A stretch of 50,702 nt of DNA from Aeromonadales bacterium (GTDB lineage: Bacteria; Pseudomonadota; Gammaproteobacteria; Enterobacterales; GCA-002770795). The stretch is from positions 1 to 50,702 of the forward strand of contig DRNA01000172.1 in the NCBI GenBank assembly GCA_011322365.1, read 5' to 3'. The notes below the pieces were generated by a model. It was not told the DNA's origin. It saw nothing but the letters and a program-made list of their open reading frames with translations, and searched no databases. Positions 25,739 to 35,306 of the stretch are shown here, one piece after another; the stretch's first letter is position 1, and every line of letters starts with the position of its first letter. A program made the position numbers and the translations under genes.

Positions 25739-26032
25739 ATGAAAGCAAACTCAAGCCGCAAAGAAACTCGACTGGTTGCGAGAACTTCCTCAGAAATACA
25801 GGAAATTATTCAACGAGCTGCGGATTATTCAGGTGCAACACTGTCACAATTTCTTATTGATTCGGCTATGGAGAAGGCTAGCACCGTTATACAACGAACA
25901 GAAACGTTACAGTTATCAATGGCTGGGGCTGATGCGCTTTTTCAAGCTCTGGATAACCCACCAAAAGCAAATAAAAAACTACTTAAAGCGGCTCGTCACT
26001 ACAGGGATGTGGTCGATGACAGTAAACATTGA
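25739..26032 (+). CDS. DUF1778 (TacA-like, RHH) antitoxin
   Basis: 97 aa. The pattern R.TSEIQEIIQRAADYSGATLSQFLIDSAMEKA is typical of DUF1778. It overlaps the downstream GNAT gene. Confidence 0.8.
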   Translation: MKANSSRKETRLVARTSSEIQEIIQRAADYSGATLSQFLIDSAMEKASTVIQRTETLQLSMAGADALFQALDNPPKANKKLLKAARHYRDVVDDSKH

Positions 26033-26534
26033 AGCACTCTCACAGAAACATCTTCGAAAAAGTTTTGATTGTGGCATCCCGGAACTTAATCGGTTTTTAC
26101 AACAACAAGCCCGACAGAAAACGTTAAAACAAATCGCTAAAACCTATGTCGCTTATCAGGACGTTGAACCCCAAAAGATTATCGGCTATTACACCTTGAC
26201 AGGTTATGCCGTGTCTACTCCTCCCTCCCATCGAGATTATAAAAATTATCCACACACACTCAATGCGGTAAAACTGGCACGTATTGCTGTAGATAGCTCA
26301 CATCAGGGTAAACATATCGGTGAGTTATTATTGATCGACGCAATCTATCGAACCGTTCAGGTAGCAGAGCAAATTTCAGCTATTGGGCTGTATGTCGATC
26401 CGATGTATCCTGGTGTTATACCTTTTTATAAGCAGTATGGGTTTCTACCTGCCGATCCGGAGCAACGGTCATGCAAGGAAATGTGGTTGCCTGTTAAAAC
26501 CTGTATTGAGATTGAGAAAACCTTGAAAAGTTAG
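26016..26534 (+). CDS. GNAT-family acetyltransferase toxin (TacT-like)
   Basis: MTVNIEALSQKHLRKSFDCGIPELNRFL... plus an acetyl-CoA motif region (HQGKHIGELLLIDA). It has a 17-nt overlap with the antitoxin. The 25776 start in the track runs through the antitoxin in another frame. Confidence 0.8.
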   Translation: MTVNIEALSQKHLRKSFDCGIPELNRFLQQQARQKTLKQIAKTYVAYQDVEPQKIIGYYTLTGYAVSTPPSHRDYKNYPHTLNAVKLARIAVDSSHQGKHIGELLLIDAIYRTVQVAEQISAIGLYVDPMYPGVIPFYKQYGFLPADPEQRSCKEMWLPVKTCIEIEKTLKS

Positions 26535-26545
26535 ACGTGAATTTG

Positions 26546-27028
26546 AAGTAGCACGGGTATATATCCACCTATACCTACAACGCCATGGGCCAACGAGTGC
26601 TTAAAACCGTCAATGGCGTAAAAACCTGGTTTGGTTACGATGTTGACGGAAAGCTATTGTACGAACGAACAGGCTCTACCCATAAAAGTTATATCTACTT
26701 TAACAAGGAACTGATTGGTTTTACCAAAAACAATGTTGTATATTACGTCCATGGTGATCATCTGGGCCGACCTGAAGTGGTAACAACCACGTCAAACGCA
26801 AAAGTCTGGCAGGCCAGAAACACCGCCTTTAACCGCACGGTGGCTTTAGATACTATCGGGGGTTTGAATATTGGCTTCCCCGGCCAGTACTGGGACAGTG
26901 AAAAGGGTAGCTGGTATAATTATTACCGGGATTATGATCCGGAGATTGGACGGTATTTACAAAGTGTATACTCGGGGTCACACCAGTGTAACTTTTTGAT
27001 AAAAAGGCAAAAAACCAACATTATTTGA
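26546..27028 (+). pseudogene. Orphan Rhs/YD-repeat core remnant
   Basis: The frame opens straight after a TAG ([16 protein letters not shown]...). It contains YD-type repeats and the core-end block [30 protein letters not shown]. It then diverges just before the expected DPxGL and stops 26 codons later. There is no N-terminal part. Confidence 0.7.
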
Positions 27029-27356
27029 TTTCAATTCTCTCTAACAGGCTATTTTTATAGTAAAAATGCTAGTTTAAGAATATTTTGTTATACAACATTG
27101 TGAGTTCACTGCGGTATTAATGGCAAAAATAGCCATCTTAGCAATTTGATAGATTATATTTATATTAACTTTTAGTATTCAGTAGGTTAGGTTAGTACGA
27201 TCTCAAACAATCGACAATCTACTAACGGTTATTGAATAACTTAATTTTGCAAATAAATGTAGAAGTATGATTTAATAATATTAAAGGCTTCAAGTCCGAT
27301 GTTTGGGAAGTTTTAAATATAGAAAAAGGGGAACAATAAATGGAGTTAAATAAAAA

Positions 27357-27902
27357 ATGATAACAGGGAATGGACTATTGAAAAAAATTATACTAATTGC
27401 ACTCATTTTAATTCCAGCCATTAATTATGCTTCGGAGCGAAAAGTAAAGATAAAATACCTCTCTTCAATTGAACGAGATGAGCGTGTTGGGGTAAGGTAT
27501 TACAAAAGAGGTGAATACAAAAAGGCGTTTAAGATACTAAGCGAATCTGCACAATGGGGTATGAAACAACCACAATACCTTATGGCAATTATGTACTTAA
27601 AAGGCCAATATGTGAAACAATCTATTGCCACAGGAATGGCATGGCTTGGAGTAGCAACAGAAATAGATATCGAAGATTGGAAAAAAACCTTTGATGGAAT
27701 ATATAATAAACTCAATGAAAAACAGCAGGCTTATATCGATAAAAAGGTTGCTCTGTATATTCAACTTTACGGAATGAAAACACATAATCTGGCTTGTAAT
27801 AAGCGACAGGCACTTGATAGCAGGAAAGTAAGGATACATTGTGAATTAAGAGTTGACAGGGTATCTCCGAGATATGAACTTGAAAATGATCCCGAAAAAT
27901 GA
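27357..27902 (+). CDS. Secreted Sel1-like repeat protein
   Basis: Signal peptide, then Sel1/TPR-like units (YYKRGEYKKAFKILSESAQWGMKQPQYLMAIMYLKGQYV...GMAWLGVA). Confidence 0.6.
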   Translation: MITGNGLLKKIILIALILIPAINYASERKVKIKYLSSIERDERVGVRYYKRGEYKKAFKILSESAQWGMKQPQYLMAIMYLKGQYVKQSIATGMAWLGVATEIDIEDWKKTFDGIYNKLNEKQQAYIDKKVALYIQLYGMKTHNLACNKRQALDSRKVRIHCELRVDRVSPRYELENDPEK

Positions 27903-27989
27903 CATATCTTTTATTTATGATTCAGGTGCTACGCTTATTACTATTTATATGGTAATAGTCTTATCATGTAGTGTTTACTTTTAATATCA

Positions 27990-28175
27990 TAATTAGGAGC
28001 TCAAGAAAAAGATAACTGAGAAAAGGGGTGTCATTCCGACCCTAGTGGAGGAATCTTTCAGAGATAGTAGTATTGGCAGAGCAAGATCTCTGCACTACGG
28101 CACCCAAAGCACTCCCTACGGTCATCGGGCAAGTTTTTGAGATTTTTCCTAAAGTGCCTGCTTATGACTTAAAGG
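27990..28175. mobile_element. MITE copy (33-bp module in the right arm, inverted)
   Basis: Left arm ...gataactgagaaaaggggtgtcattccgaccctagtggaggaatct. The centre matches the 14104 copy. Module cacccaaagcactccctacggtcatcgggcaag lies at 28101-28133. The element ends about 20 nt before the kinase start. Confidence 0.7.
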
Positions 28176-28193
28176 TAAATTTATTTAGCCAAA

Positions 28194-29333
28194 ATGAATA
28201 TTCAATCAACTCCTACATTACTGCGTCGGCTAGAGAAATATATTGTTCAAAGTCTTGTTATTAGCCGAAGCACTACTCGGTCGTATAAGATCACTTTACT
28301 GGCTGTAGCTATTACAATTTTTTTCTTGATCTGGTTTATTTTACAGCTCACTGTTATTGACCAGACAGAACCTTTAATTGTGGTAGTAAAAGCGTTGCTG
28401 GAAACGGCCAATTTTATCTTTTTTTGCCATTACTTTGTTCGTTCTTATTTAAAAATGAATTTTGTCAATCGCCATTTACCGCTGAGGAGGGTCTCCAGCC
28501 TTTTATTGTTTTTATTGTTTACGGCTTTAATTAGCTTTTTTATATCGTTGGGATTCAATAAAATTGACTATTTTAGCCCTCTCGACTTTAAAATAATCGA
28601 ATTTATTGGTGATCAGGGTAATATCGATACATCATTTCCAACTGCTATCAGTTGGATTATGGGAATTGGGTTGAAGTTTTCGGGTTTTATTATCTGGAGT
28701 ATTTTTTATGTATTCTGGCACAGCCATCGATCAAAAAAACAACTTCAAAAACAAATGCATCAGGCACAAATTCAACAGTTAACTAACCAGCTCAGTCCAC
28801 ATTTTTTGTTCAATACGCTGAATAGTATTCGTGCGCTTATTTATGAAAATAAGGATAAAGCGGCTGATACAGTGACCCAATTATCTGAACTTTTCCGCAC
28901 CCATTTGCAGGCACATCTCAGTGCCCAGGCCACGCTAGAAGAAGAATTACAAGTTAGCCAAAGATATTTAGCCATTGAGCAAATCCGGCTTGAAGAGCGT
29001 TTACAGGTTACACTTCAAATTGACCAAAACTTATATCAACAAAAATTGCCCACATTGACATTGTTGACTTTGATTGAAAATGCCACTAAACATGGTATAT
29101 CACCCAATGTGGAGCCAGGCTATATTAATATAACTGCTGGAAAAATAGATCAGAAACACTGGTTTCTCAGTGTAGTAAACAGTGTAGGTTTAAATATTGC
29201 AACTGAAGGTACAAATACGGGATTAATTAACGTCGAAACAAGATTAAAGCTCATGTTTGCTGATAGTGCTATTATTAAACAACAGCATACCGAAAAAGAA
29301 TTTTTAATCAGGTTGGAACTACCTTATGTTTAA
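28194..29333 (+). CDS. LytS/YehU-type sensor histidine kinase
   Basis: Multi-TM N-terminal half, then the His_kinase signature LSPHFLFNTLNSI and an HATPase region (LIENATKHG, GTNTGLINV). Confidence 0.85.
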   Translation: MNIQSTPTLLRRLEKYIVQSLVISRSTTRSYKITLLAVAITIFFLIWFILQLTVIDQTEPLIVVVKALLETANFIFFCHYFVRSYLKMNFVNRHLPLRRVSSLLLFLLFTALISFFISLGFNKIDYFSPLDFKIIEFIGDQGNIDTSFPTAISWIMGIGLKFSGFIIWSIFYVFWHSHRSKKQLQKQMHQAQIQQLTNQLSPHFLFNTLNSIRALIYENKDKAADTVTQLSELFRTHLQAHLSAQATLEEELQVSQRYLAIEQIRLEERLQVTLQIDQNLYQQKLPTLTLLTLIENATKHGISPNVEPGYINITAGKIDQKHWFLSVVNSVGLNIATEGTNTGLINVETRLKLMFADSAIIKQQHTEKEFLIRLELPYV

Positions 29334-30057
29334 GGTAATGATAGTGGATGATGAACGCTTGGCACGTGTTGAGCTGAAACGTTTGCTGGGTCATTTTGAT
29401 GATCTCACTGTTGTGGCTGAAGCAAACAGTGCTAAACAGGCATTGAAATTAATAAAAAATCAGCAACCTGACCTCATATTTATTGATATTAAAATGCCAC
29501 AAATGTCTGGACTTGAGCTCGTCAGGGAACTGGAACATAAAGTTCAATTTGTATTTTGTACGGCATTCACCGAACATGCAGTCGATGCTTTTGAACTTGA
29601 TGCTGTGGATTATTTAGTGAAGCCGGTGAATCCTGAACGCCTGGCTCAAACCATCAAAAAATTTCGTTACCTTAGACAGGACAATAACGATGGAGAACAA
29701 TCTTCCTCCAACCAATATCTCCCTGCCAACCATGGTCTATTACTCAAGTTTAGAGATGGCAGCAAAATCGTGCGTTTAGAAGAAATTGACAGATTTCATG
29801 TTCTGGGTAATCATATTGAAATTTACTCTTTAGCTGGTAAATCGTACCTTCATTCGCCACTGTCTAAAGTCGCAACTCGACTCGATCCCAGGGTCTTTTT
29901 CAAGGCCAGCCGCAGTGATATTATTCGTGTGGATAATATTGATAAAATTGAGGAAGGTATGACACCAGGTAGTGTACTGGCGATTTTGAAATCGGGAGAG
30001 CAAATTGAAGTTAGTCGGCGTCAAGCCCAACACTTAAAAAATTTCTTTAACTTCTAG
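29326..30057 (+). CDS. LytTR-family response regulator
   Basis: Receiver domain (MIVDDE...DLIFIDIKMP...KP) plus a C-terminal LytTR DNA-binding domain. It overlaps the kinase stop. Confidence 0.88.
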   Translation: MFKVMIVDDERLARVELKRLLGHFDDLTVVAEANSAKQALKLIKNQQPDLIFIDIKMPQMSGLELVRELEHKVQFVFCTAFTEHAVDAFELDAVDYLVKPVNPERLAQTIKKFRYLRQDNNDGEQSSSNQYLPANHGLLLKFRDGSKIVRLEEIDRFHVLGNHIEIYSLAGKSYLHSPLSKVATRLDPRVFFKASRSDIIRVDNIDKIEEGMTPGSVLAILKSGEQIEVSRRQAQHLKNFFNF

Positions 30058-30344
30058 TAAAAGTTCAGTGTATAGCAAAATTGCACTAGTGATTTTGATT
30101 TATTCCTCAGGTTATTCTTTGACATACCTTAGATTGAAATAAGTGATTGACGCTATTTACATACTCAAAATCCAGCATCTTGGATGATTTTGGGTATAGC
30201 ATTTCACCGTTAACACTGGAATAAATCCTCCTTTTTTACCGAAAATCCTGATAAATAACCGTTGTTCATTATCTGAATCATCATTGTATTTCTTTCATTT
30301 ATTCTCAATAAAGCAGTATTTTAACGTTAATTGTGGAGAATCTA

Positions 30345-30764
30345 ATGAGGGAATTTATATTCATTTTAATATTATTAACCATTTCAGCTACACATGCTGC
30401 TGATACCAAAACACAATTTGGCGTTGGATTAGGGACACCTGGTGGTCTGAATCTGGTCGCAAAAGGGTTTATTAATGATACACCTGTACAATTTTCAATA
30501 GGTACTGCTGGTTCAGGTCTTTATGGATTGGAAGCTGGTTACAGTTTTTATTTTGATGATTCAAGCTCCTTTCGTTCCTCACAAATGGTTGTAGGTGTTA
30601 TCTACGCTGAATATGTAAATGAACATAATTCCCCAAATTATCCCTATATTGGGGTTACGACAACTTTTCAATGGGGAGGATTTTATATCGAACCCGGTCT
30701 TTCTTTAACGTACAACAGAACTGCCGGTGTTCTTCCAAATCTTCAATTTGGTTTTCTCTGGTAA
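30345..30764 (+). CDS. Small secreted protein, outer-membrane beta-barrel-like
   Basis: Signal peptide ending THA-AD, alternating Gly/aromatic-rich strands and a C-terminal ...LQFGFLW. GGAG lies 6 nt upstream of the ATG at 30345. Confidence 0.5.
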   Translation: MREFIFILILLTISATHAADTKTQFGVGLGTPGGLNLVAKGFINDTPVQFSIGTAGSGLYGLEAGYSFYFDDSSSFRSSQMVVGVIYAEYVNEHNSPNYPYIGVTTTFQWGGFYIEPGLSLTYNRTAGVLPNLQFGFLW

Positions 30765-30788
30765 ATGCAAAACAAACGGTTTAAATAA

Positions 30789-31133
30789 ATGAAACAGAAA
30801 AATAGCAAAATTTTGAATAATCTGGCTTCTTTATCTGAAACCGGTATTTCAACACTGGAAATCGCAGAGCGTGTTGCCAGTTCACATGGGACTATTATAT
30901 CGTGGGCTAGAGTAGTTTCTCGTCTGCAGGCAGGTAATACCTTATCTCTGGCTTTAGCATCTAGTGATTTGATTAATCCTTTTGAGCAACAAATTATCGC
31001 TTCTGCAGAATTTTCAGGTCGGACTTCAGAGGGTTTGCGAGTCATTGCAAAATCTTATGATAAAAGACGACAATGGGTTGGTCGAGCTCAGGCAAAGTTA
31101 CTGTCATTTGAGGTATATACCCGTTCTACTTGA
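30789..31133 (+). CDS. GspF/PilC-like (T2SSF) N-terminal domain fragment
   Basis: 114 aa. Residues up to ...AKSYDKRRQWVGRAQAKL parallel the N-terminus of the next gene. The sequence then diverges and terminates with no TM segments. Confidence 0.45.
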   Translation: MKQKNSKILNNLASLSETGISTLEIAERVASSHGTIISWARVVSRLQAGNTLSLALASSDLINPFEQQIIASAEFSGRTSEGLRVIAKSYDKRRQWVGRAQAKLLSFEVYTRST

Positions 31134-31528
31134 AGATGCATGTTTCAGTGTTTAGCTGGTCAATCCGAACAAGTCACAACTCACAGGGAAAGAAAATGCT
31201 CCATGATTTTTCTTTCTTCATATAGTCCGGCCATGGACATAAATGGCTTGCCCCTTACAAGAGTTGCAAAACTTCTGCTCCCAGCTTATTCATAAAGAAG
31301 TGATGTATATCTTTTGGGTCATTCATTAAATTGTAGTAAAATTAAATATATGTAATACGAACAGGTTTAAATTAAATCAAACACCGCAATAGTAATATTT
31401 TTAATGATCTGGCCACACTAACTGATGCCGGGATTTCTACACTGGATGCCGCAAAACGTGTTGCTCAGTCTCACTCGGATCTGCAGGCCTGGTCAAGAGT
31501 TATTTCACGTTTACAGGCAGGTAATCCT

Positions 31529-32284
31529 TTGTCTTCGGCTTTGGCGTCAAGTGGTTTGATTAATTCTTTTGAACAACAACTTATTGCGGCAGCAGAATTT
31601 TCGGGCAGGACAGCAGAAGGTTTGCGTGCAATCGCAAAGTCTTATGACAAAAGACGACAACGGGTAGGACGTCTTAAAGCAAAGTTATTTTTACCCTTTG
31701 CTGTCCTTGTAATAGGAATTCTTACTTCTGCCATATTGAAACTTTCCGGTGATCAACCATCATCAATTGTATTAGTTATAATGCAAGCTTTATTTTATAT
31801 TTTTATTGCATTATTACTAACGCGATGGCTGTTAAGCATTTTCCGTAAAGATGTTTCAAGTTTATTAAGCAGGTTGAAGTATTTAAAGTCAACCAAACTC
31901 TATCGGCAGATTTTCGAGCAAACTGTTTTTGGTGCTTTGTTATGGCAGTTAAAATCCGGCATTGATTTTGAAAAAGCTTTTATTAACATTGCTTCCTTAT
32001 TAAAAGATAAACCCATCAGTAACAAGCTGAAGATTATCAGCAGGAAATGTGCTCAGGGAGCAAGAGTCTCTGAGAGTATCAGAGCAAGTGATTTACCGAT
32101 TACTAATGAATTTTTACAGATCCTCACTGTAGCAGAAGCCAGTGGCAACTGGGAAGGTTCTGTTGGTAACTATCTGCAAAAACAATCGGCAATGGTGGAT
32201 CTGGGTATTGATGAAATCTATGAGTGGGTACCGAAACTCTATTATAGCATTGTTGCATTGATCGCAATCATGATTATTCTTTAA
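31529..32284 (+). CDS. Compact GspF/PilC-like (T2SSF) membrane protein, start uncertain
   Basis: Two T2SSF-like soluble segments (SFEQQLIAAAEFSGRTAEGL and NEFLQILTVAEASGNWEGS) separated by TM segments. In-frame homology to 30789-31105 extends up to 31376, but that stretch has no ATG, GTG or TTG. Confidence 0.6.
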   Translation: MSSALASSGLINSFEQQLIAAAEFSGRTAEGLRAIAKSYDKRRQRVGRLKAKLFLPFAVLVIGILTSAILKLSGDQPSSIVLVIMQALFYIFIALLLTRWLLSIFRKDVSSLLSRLKYLKSTKLYRQIFEQTVFGALLWQLKSGIDFEKAFINIASLLKDKPISNKLKIISRKCAQGARVSESIRASDLPITNEFLQILTVAEASGNWEGSVGNYLQKQSAMVDLGIDEIYEWVPKLYYSIVALIAIMIIL

Positions 32285-32394
32285 GTCACTTTAATATGTG
32301 AATGCCTTCTAGCGTCAGGGCGGATGGACCCGCAATCATTTGATATGTAGGATTGTGAGTATAAAAATTGTTGATGGAATTTGCTTGTAATGCC

Positions 32395-32533
32395 AGGCGT
32401 AAGATTCCTCGGCTGCGCTCGGAATGACAGAGGAGTGGGGCTCTGAATGACAGAGGAGTGGGGCTCTGAATGACAGAGGGGTGGGGCTCGGAATGACAGA
32501 GGGGGGGCTCGGAATGACTTGGGGTGGAGCTTG
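32395..32533. repeat. GTCATTCC-type palindrome followed by a 21-23 bp tandem array (about 4.5 units)
   Basis: gtaagattcctcggctgcgctcggaatgac is followed by head-to-tail units gaatgacagaggagtggggctc(t/g) from 32421. ORFs 32286-32783 and 32336-32557 are translations of this repeat. Confidence 0.85.
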
Positions 32534-32604
32534 GTTTAATCTTGGGATCGAAAACATTTAAAATGCCACAATTTCGAAACAGTTCTCCAGTTTTAAATTC
32601 CAGG

Positions 32605-33711
32605 TTAGTTTTCCTTCCCTTTAATAAATGCCACCGCCAGATCAGGATAATCGGTAAAGATACCATCCACACCCAGTTGATATAAAAAGATATCCAGTAA
32701 ATCATAAAAGTCTTTCGCATAAGCTGGAATACGCCCCTGATCTTTCCGGAAGGTATAGGGGTGTACCAGTAGACCTTCGGCATGGGCTTCTTTTAGTAAG
32801 GGAGTGAAGACCAGGTGTTCTTTAGTCGATTGATCTGAAACCAGCATAGGTTTCCAGGGTCCGACACCATCAGCATAGCGAGTTATTTTTTTCATGGCCC
32901 CTGGTTTTAGCATCCAGTCATAGTTATATGGAACCGGTTTTCCGTTAACAAATCTCACTTTTTCATACCAGTCCGTCATGGCTATCAGTTGTATCAGTTT
33001 TAAACTTATGTGTAATTGAGGAAATAATTCATCATGAATACGCCGGGTTTCTTCCGGGTCGAAACATTGAATAAATATTTTATCTTGACGAGATTTATAG
33101 CCATATTTTTTTAATATTTCCAAAGTTACCTTACTGATATCCCGTCCTTCCAGTTTATGAAACCAGGGGGCTTTTATTTCCACATACAGACCAATATTTT
33201 TGCCGGTGCTTTTATTTAAACCCTGGATTAATTCAATTTCCTGTTGCAAGGTAGAGACTTTAAAGGTTGATTTAAACAATGGAAACCTTTCCGGGAAGAT
33301 GGCCTTTTTCTTATGGGTTTTCGGATCAATAGTAAAGCCTTCCGTCATCTGCAGGCTTTTGATTTCCTTTAAAGTGAAATCAATGGCAAACCAGCGCTTT
33401 TTGCCCATAACCATTCTGAAGCGTTTGGGGAAAACATCCATAACGTCGGTTACTCTGTCGAGGTAGTGATCGTGTAATACCACCAGTTGATTATCTTTAG
33501 TCATAACCACGTCCTGCTCAATATAGTCAGAATTCATGGCATGGGCCATGGCCTTGGCTTCCAGAGAATGTTCGGGCAGATAACCGCTGGCCCCACGATG
33601 GGCAATAACGATTTTGTCTGAAGGTGAATTGGCTAGTGTTTCAGCACTTAATGAAATCATTGTGGAAATTAATAAAAGCAGGAAGAAAGCTGGAAAGTAT
33701 GTATTGTTCAT
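32605..33711 (-). CDS. glpQ: Periplasmic glycerophosphodiester phosphodiesterase
   Basis: Signal peptide, then VIAHRGASGYLPEHSLEAK...IEQDVVMTKDNQLVVLHD. It lies downstream of glpT. Confidence 0.9.
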   Translation of the reverse strand: MNNTYFPAFFLLLLISTMISLSAETLANSPSDKIVIAHRGASGYLPEHSLEAKAMAHAMNSDYIEQDVVMTKDNQLVVLHDHYLDRVTDVMDVFPKRFRMVMGKKRWFAIDFTLKEIKSLQMTEGFTIDPKTHKKKAIFPERFPLFKSTFKVSTLQQEIELIQGLNKSTGKNIGLYVEIKAPWFHKLEGRDISKVTLEILKKYGYKSRQDKIFIQCFDPEETRRIHDELFPQLHISLKLIQLIAMTDWYEKVRFVNGKPVPYNYDWMLKPGAMKKITRYADGVGPWKPMLVSDQSTKEHLVFTPLLKEAHAEGLLVHPYTFRKDQGRIPAYAKDFYDLLDIFLYQLGVDGIFTDYPDLAVAFIKGKEN

Positions 33712-33729
33712 CAGATAATTCTCAGTAAG

Positions 33730-35085
33730 TTATTTTTTTTTCGATAGTTTATTCTGGTGGTGTGCTTTTTCATGTTTCACCGTTAAGCCGATAAATAAAA
33801 TGGCCAGTAGACAACCGCTAACCAGTAATACAAAGCCACCATTCCAACCAAAACTGTCTACGGTAAAACCCAGAGCAATATTAGCCACAACTGCACCGCC
33901 AAGATAACCAAACATGCCGGTCAGTCCTGCTGCTGTTCCCGCAGCTTTTTTCGGCACTAATTCCAGTGCATAGAGCCCAATTAACATCACCGGGCCGTAA
34001 ATGAGAAAACCGATAGCCATGAGAGCCGCCATATCAATTTGTGGGTGACCGGCGGGGTTAAACCAGTAGATGAGTACGGCGAATAGCACCAGACACATAT
34101 ACAAAATAGCAGCGGGCGAACGCAACCCTTTAAACCATTTATCGCTAATCCAGCCACAGAGCAAAGTACCGGGTATCCCAGCCCATTCATAAAAGAAGTA
34201 AGCCCAGGAACTTTCATCAAAGCTAAAGTTTTTAACCTCATGTAGATAGGTGGGAGTCCAGTCCAGCACCCCATAACGGATGAGGTAAACAAAGGCATTG
34301 GCAACGGCGATGTACCAGAGTAATTTGTTGTTTAAGACATATTTGAGGAAAATTTCTCGGGCAGAAAATTCCTTTTCGTATTCGTCCTGGTAATCACTGG
34401 GAAAGTCCTGACGATAGTGTTCAATAGCTGGCAGACCACAGGATTGCGGGGTATCCCGCATTAACAGGAAACTGAATACAGCAACAAAAGAAGCAACCGC
34501 CGCCGGTACGTAAAAGGCGCTATGCCAGTCATTGAACCAGGCCATACCTAATATTCCCAGAGGCCCAATTAAACCGCCCCCCACATTGTGAGCGACATTC
34601 CAGATTGAGACGATACGTCCTCGCTCATTACCGGAATACCAATGGACCATAGTACGGCCACAGGCTGGCCAACCCATTCCCTGAGCCCAGCCGTTTAAAA
34701 ATAATAAAACGAACATTATGCTAATACTACTGGTGGCCCAGGGAACTAATCCCATAAAAAACATCACTGATGCAGATATAAGTAACCCGGTTGAAAGGAA
34801 AAATCGTGCATTACTCCTATCAGAAACATTACCCATAAAAAATTTGCTAAGACCATAGGCTATAGAGACTGCAGAGAGTGCCAGCCCCAGTTCGCCCCTA
34901 CTGTAGCCCTGTTCATCAATGAGATAGGGCATTGCAAGAGAGAAGTTTTTTCTCACCAGATAATAACCGGCATAGCCGACAAAAATCCCCATAAAAATCT
35001 GCCAGCGAAGCTTTCTGTAGGATTTATCGACTTCATCATCGGCTAGTAAGGGTAGATGTTTTGCCGGTTTAAAGAGACCTAGCAT
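33730..35085 (-). CDS. glpT: Glycerol-3-phosphate transporter (MFS, organophosphate:Pi antiporter)
   Basis: The N-terminus [10 protein letters not shown]...[26 protein letters not shown] is typical of GlpT. It has 12 TM segments. Confidence 0.9.
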   Translation of the reverse strand: MLGLFKPAKHLPLLADDEVDKSYRKLRWQIFMGIFVGYAGYYLVRKNFSLAMPYLIDEQGYSRGELGLALSAVSIAYGLSKFFMGNVSDRSNARFFLSTGLLISASVMFFMGLVPWATSSISIMFVLLFLNGWAQGMGWPACGRTMVHWYSGNERGRIVSIWNVAHNVGGGLIGPLGILGMAWFNDWHSAFYVPAAVASFVAVFSFLLMRDTPQSCGLPAIEHYRQDFPSDYQDEYEKEFSAREIFLKYVLNNKLLWYIAVANAFVYLIRYGVLDWTPTYLHEVKNFSFDESSWAYFFYEWAGIPGTLLCGWISDKWFKGLRSPAAILYMCLVLFAVLIYWFNPAGHPQIDMAALMAIGFLIYGPVMLIGLYALELVPKKAAGTAAGLTGMFGYLGGAVVANIALGFTVDSFGWNGGFVLLVSGCLLAILFIGLTVKHEKAHHQNKLSKKK

Positions 35086-35306
35086 GATATGAACCTATCA
35101 AAATGAGTTTATTAATGGCTAAAAACCAACAAAAGCTGATTTTGGTAATAATACCATTATGTTGTTATTGTTTCTTATTGTCACAGATTGTATATTATTG
35201 AATGGTTTGATGGTTAAATTACATCAAATATACATCCTCACATGTTGTACTGTATACCAGGTAGGGAAGGGTGGCTTCTAAAAATAATACAAAAAAGGAT
35301 ACAATT

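Noticed and set aside
25776-26534. 252-aa ORF in the track spanning both the antitoxin and the toxin
   Set aside because: Its first 80 codons run through the DUF1778 gene in another frame and have no family resemblance. The GNAT domain begins at the ATG at 26016 (MTVNIEAL...), giving the usual short overlap with the antitoxin.
28073-28264. 63-aa ORF upstream of the sensor kinase
   Set aside because: It starts inside the MITE at 27990-28175 and overlaps the kinase start in another frame. It is a repeat-derived artefact.
32421-32533. Possible CRISPR array, because of regularly repeated 21-23 bp units
   Set aside because: The units are directly head-to-tail with no spacers, they degenerate progressively, and they derive from the end of a dispersed palindromic element. 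No cas genes are present.
32286-32783. 165-aa and 73-aa minus-strand ORFs (32286-32783 and 32336-32557)
   Set aside because: These are translations of the palindrome and tandem repeat (SFRAPLLCHSE-type junk peptides). The longer one also overlaps the 3' end of glpQ.
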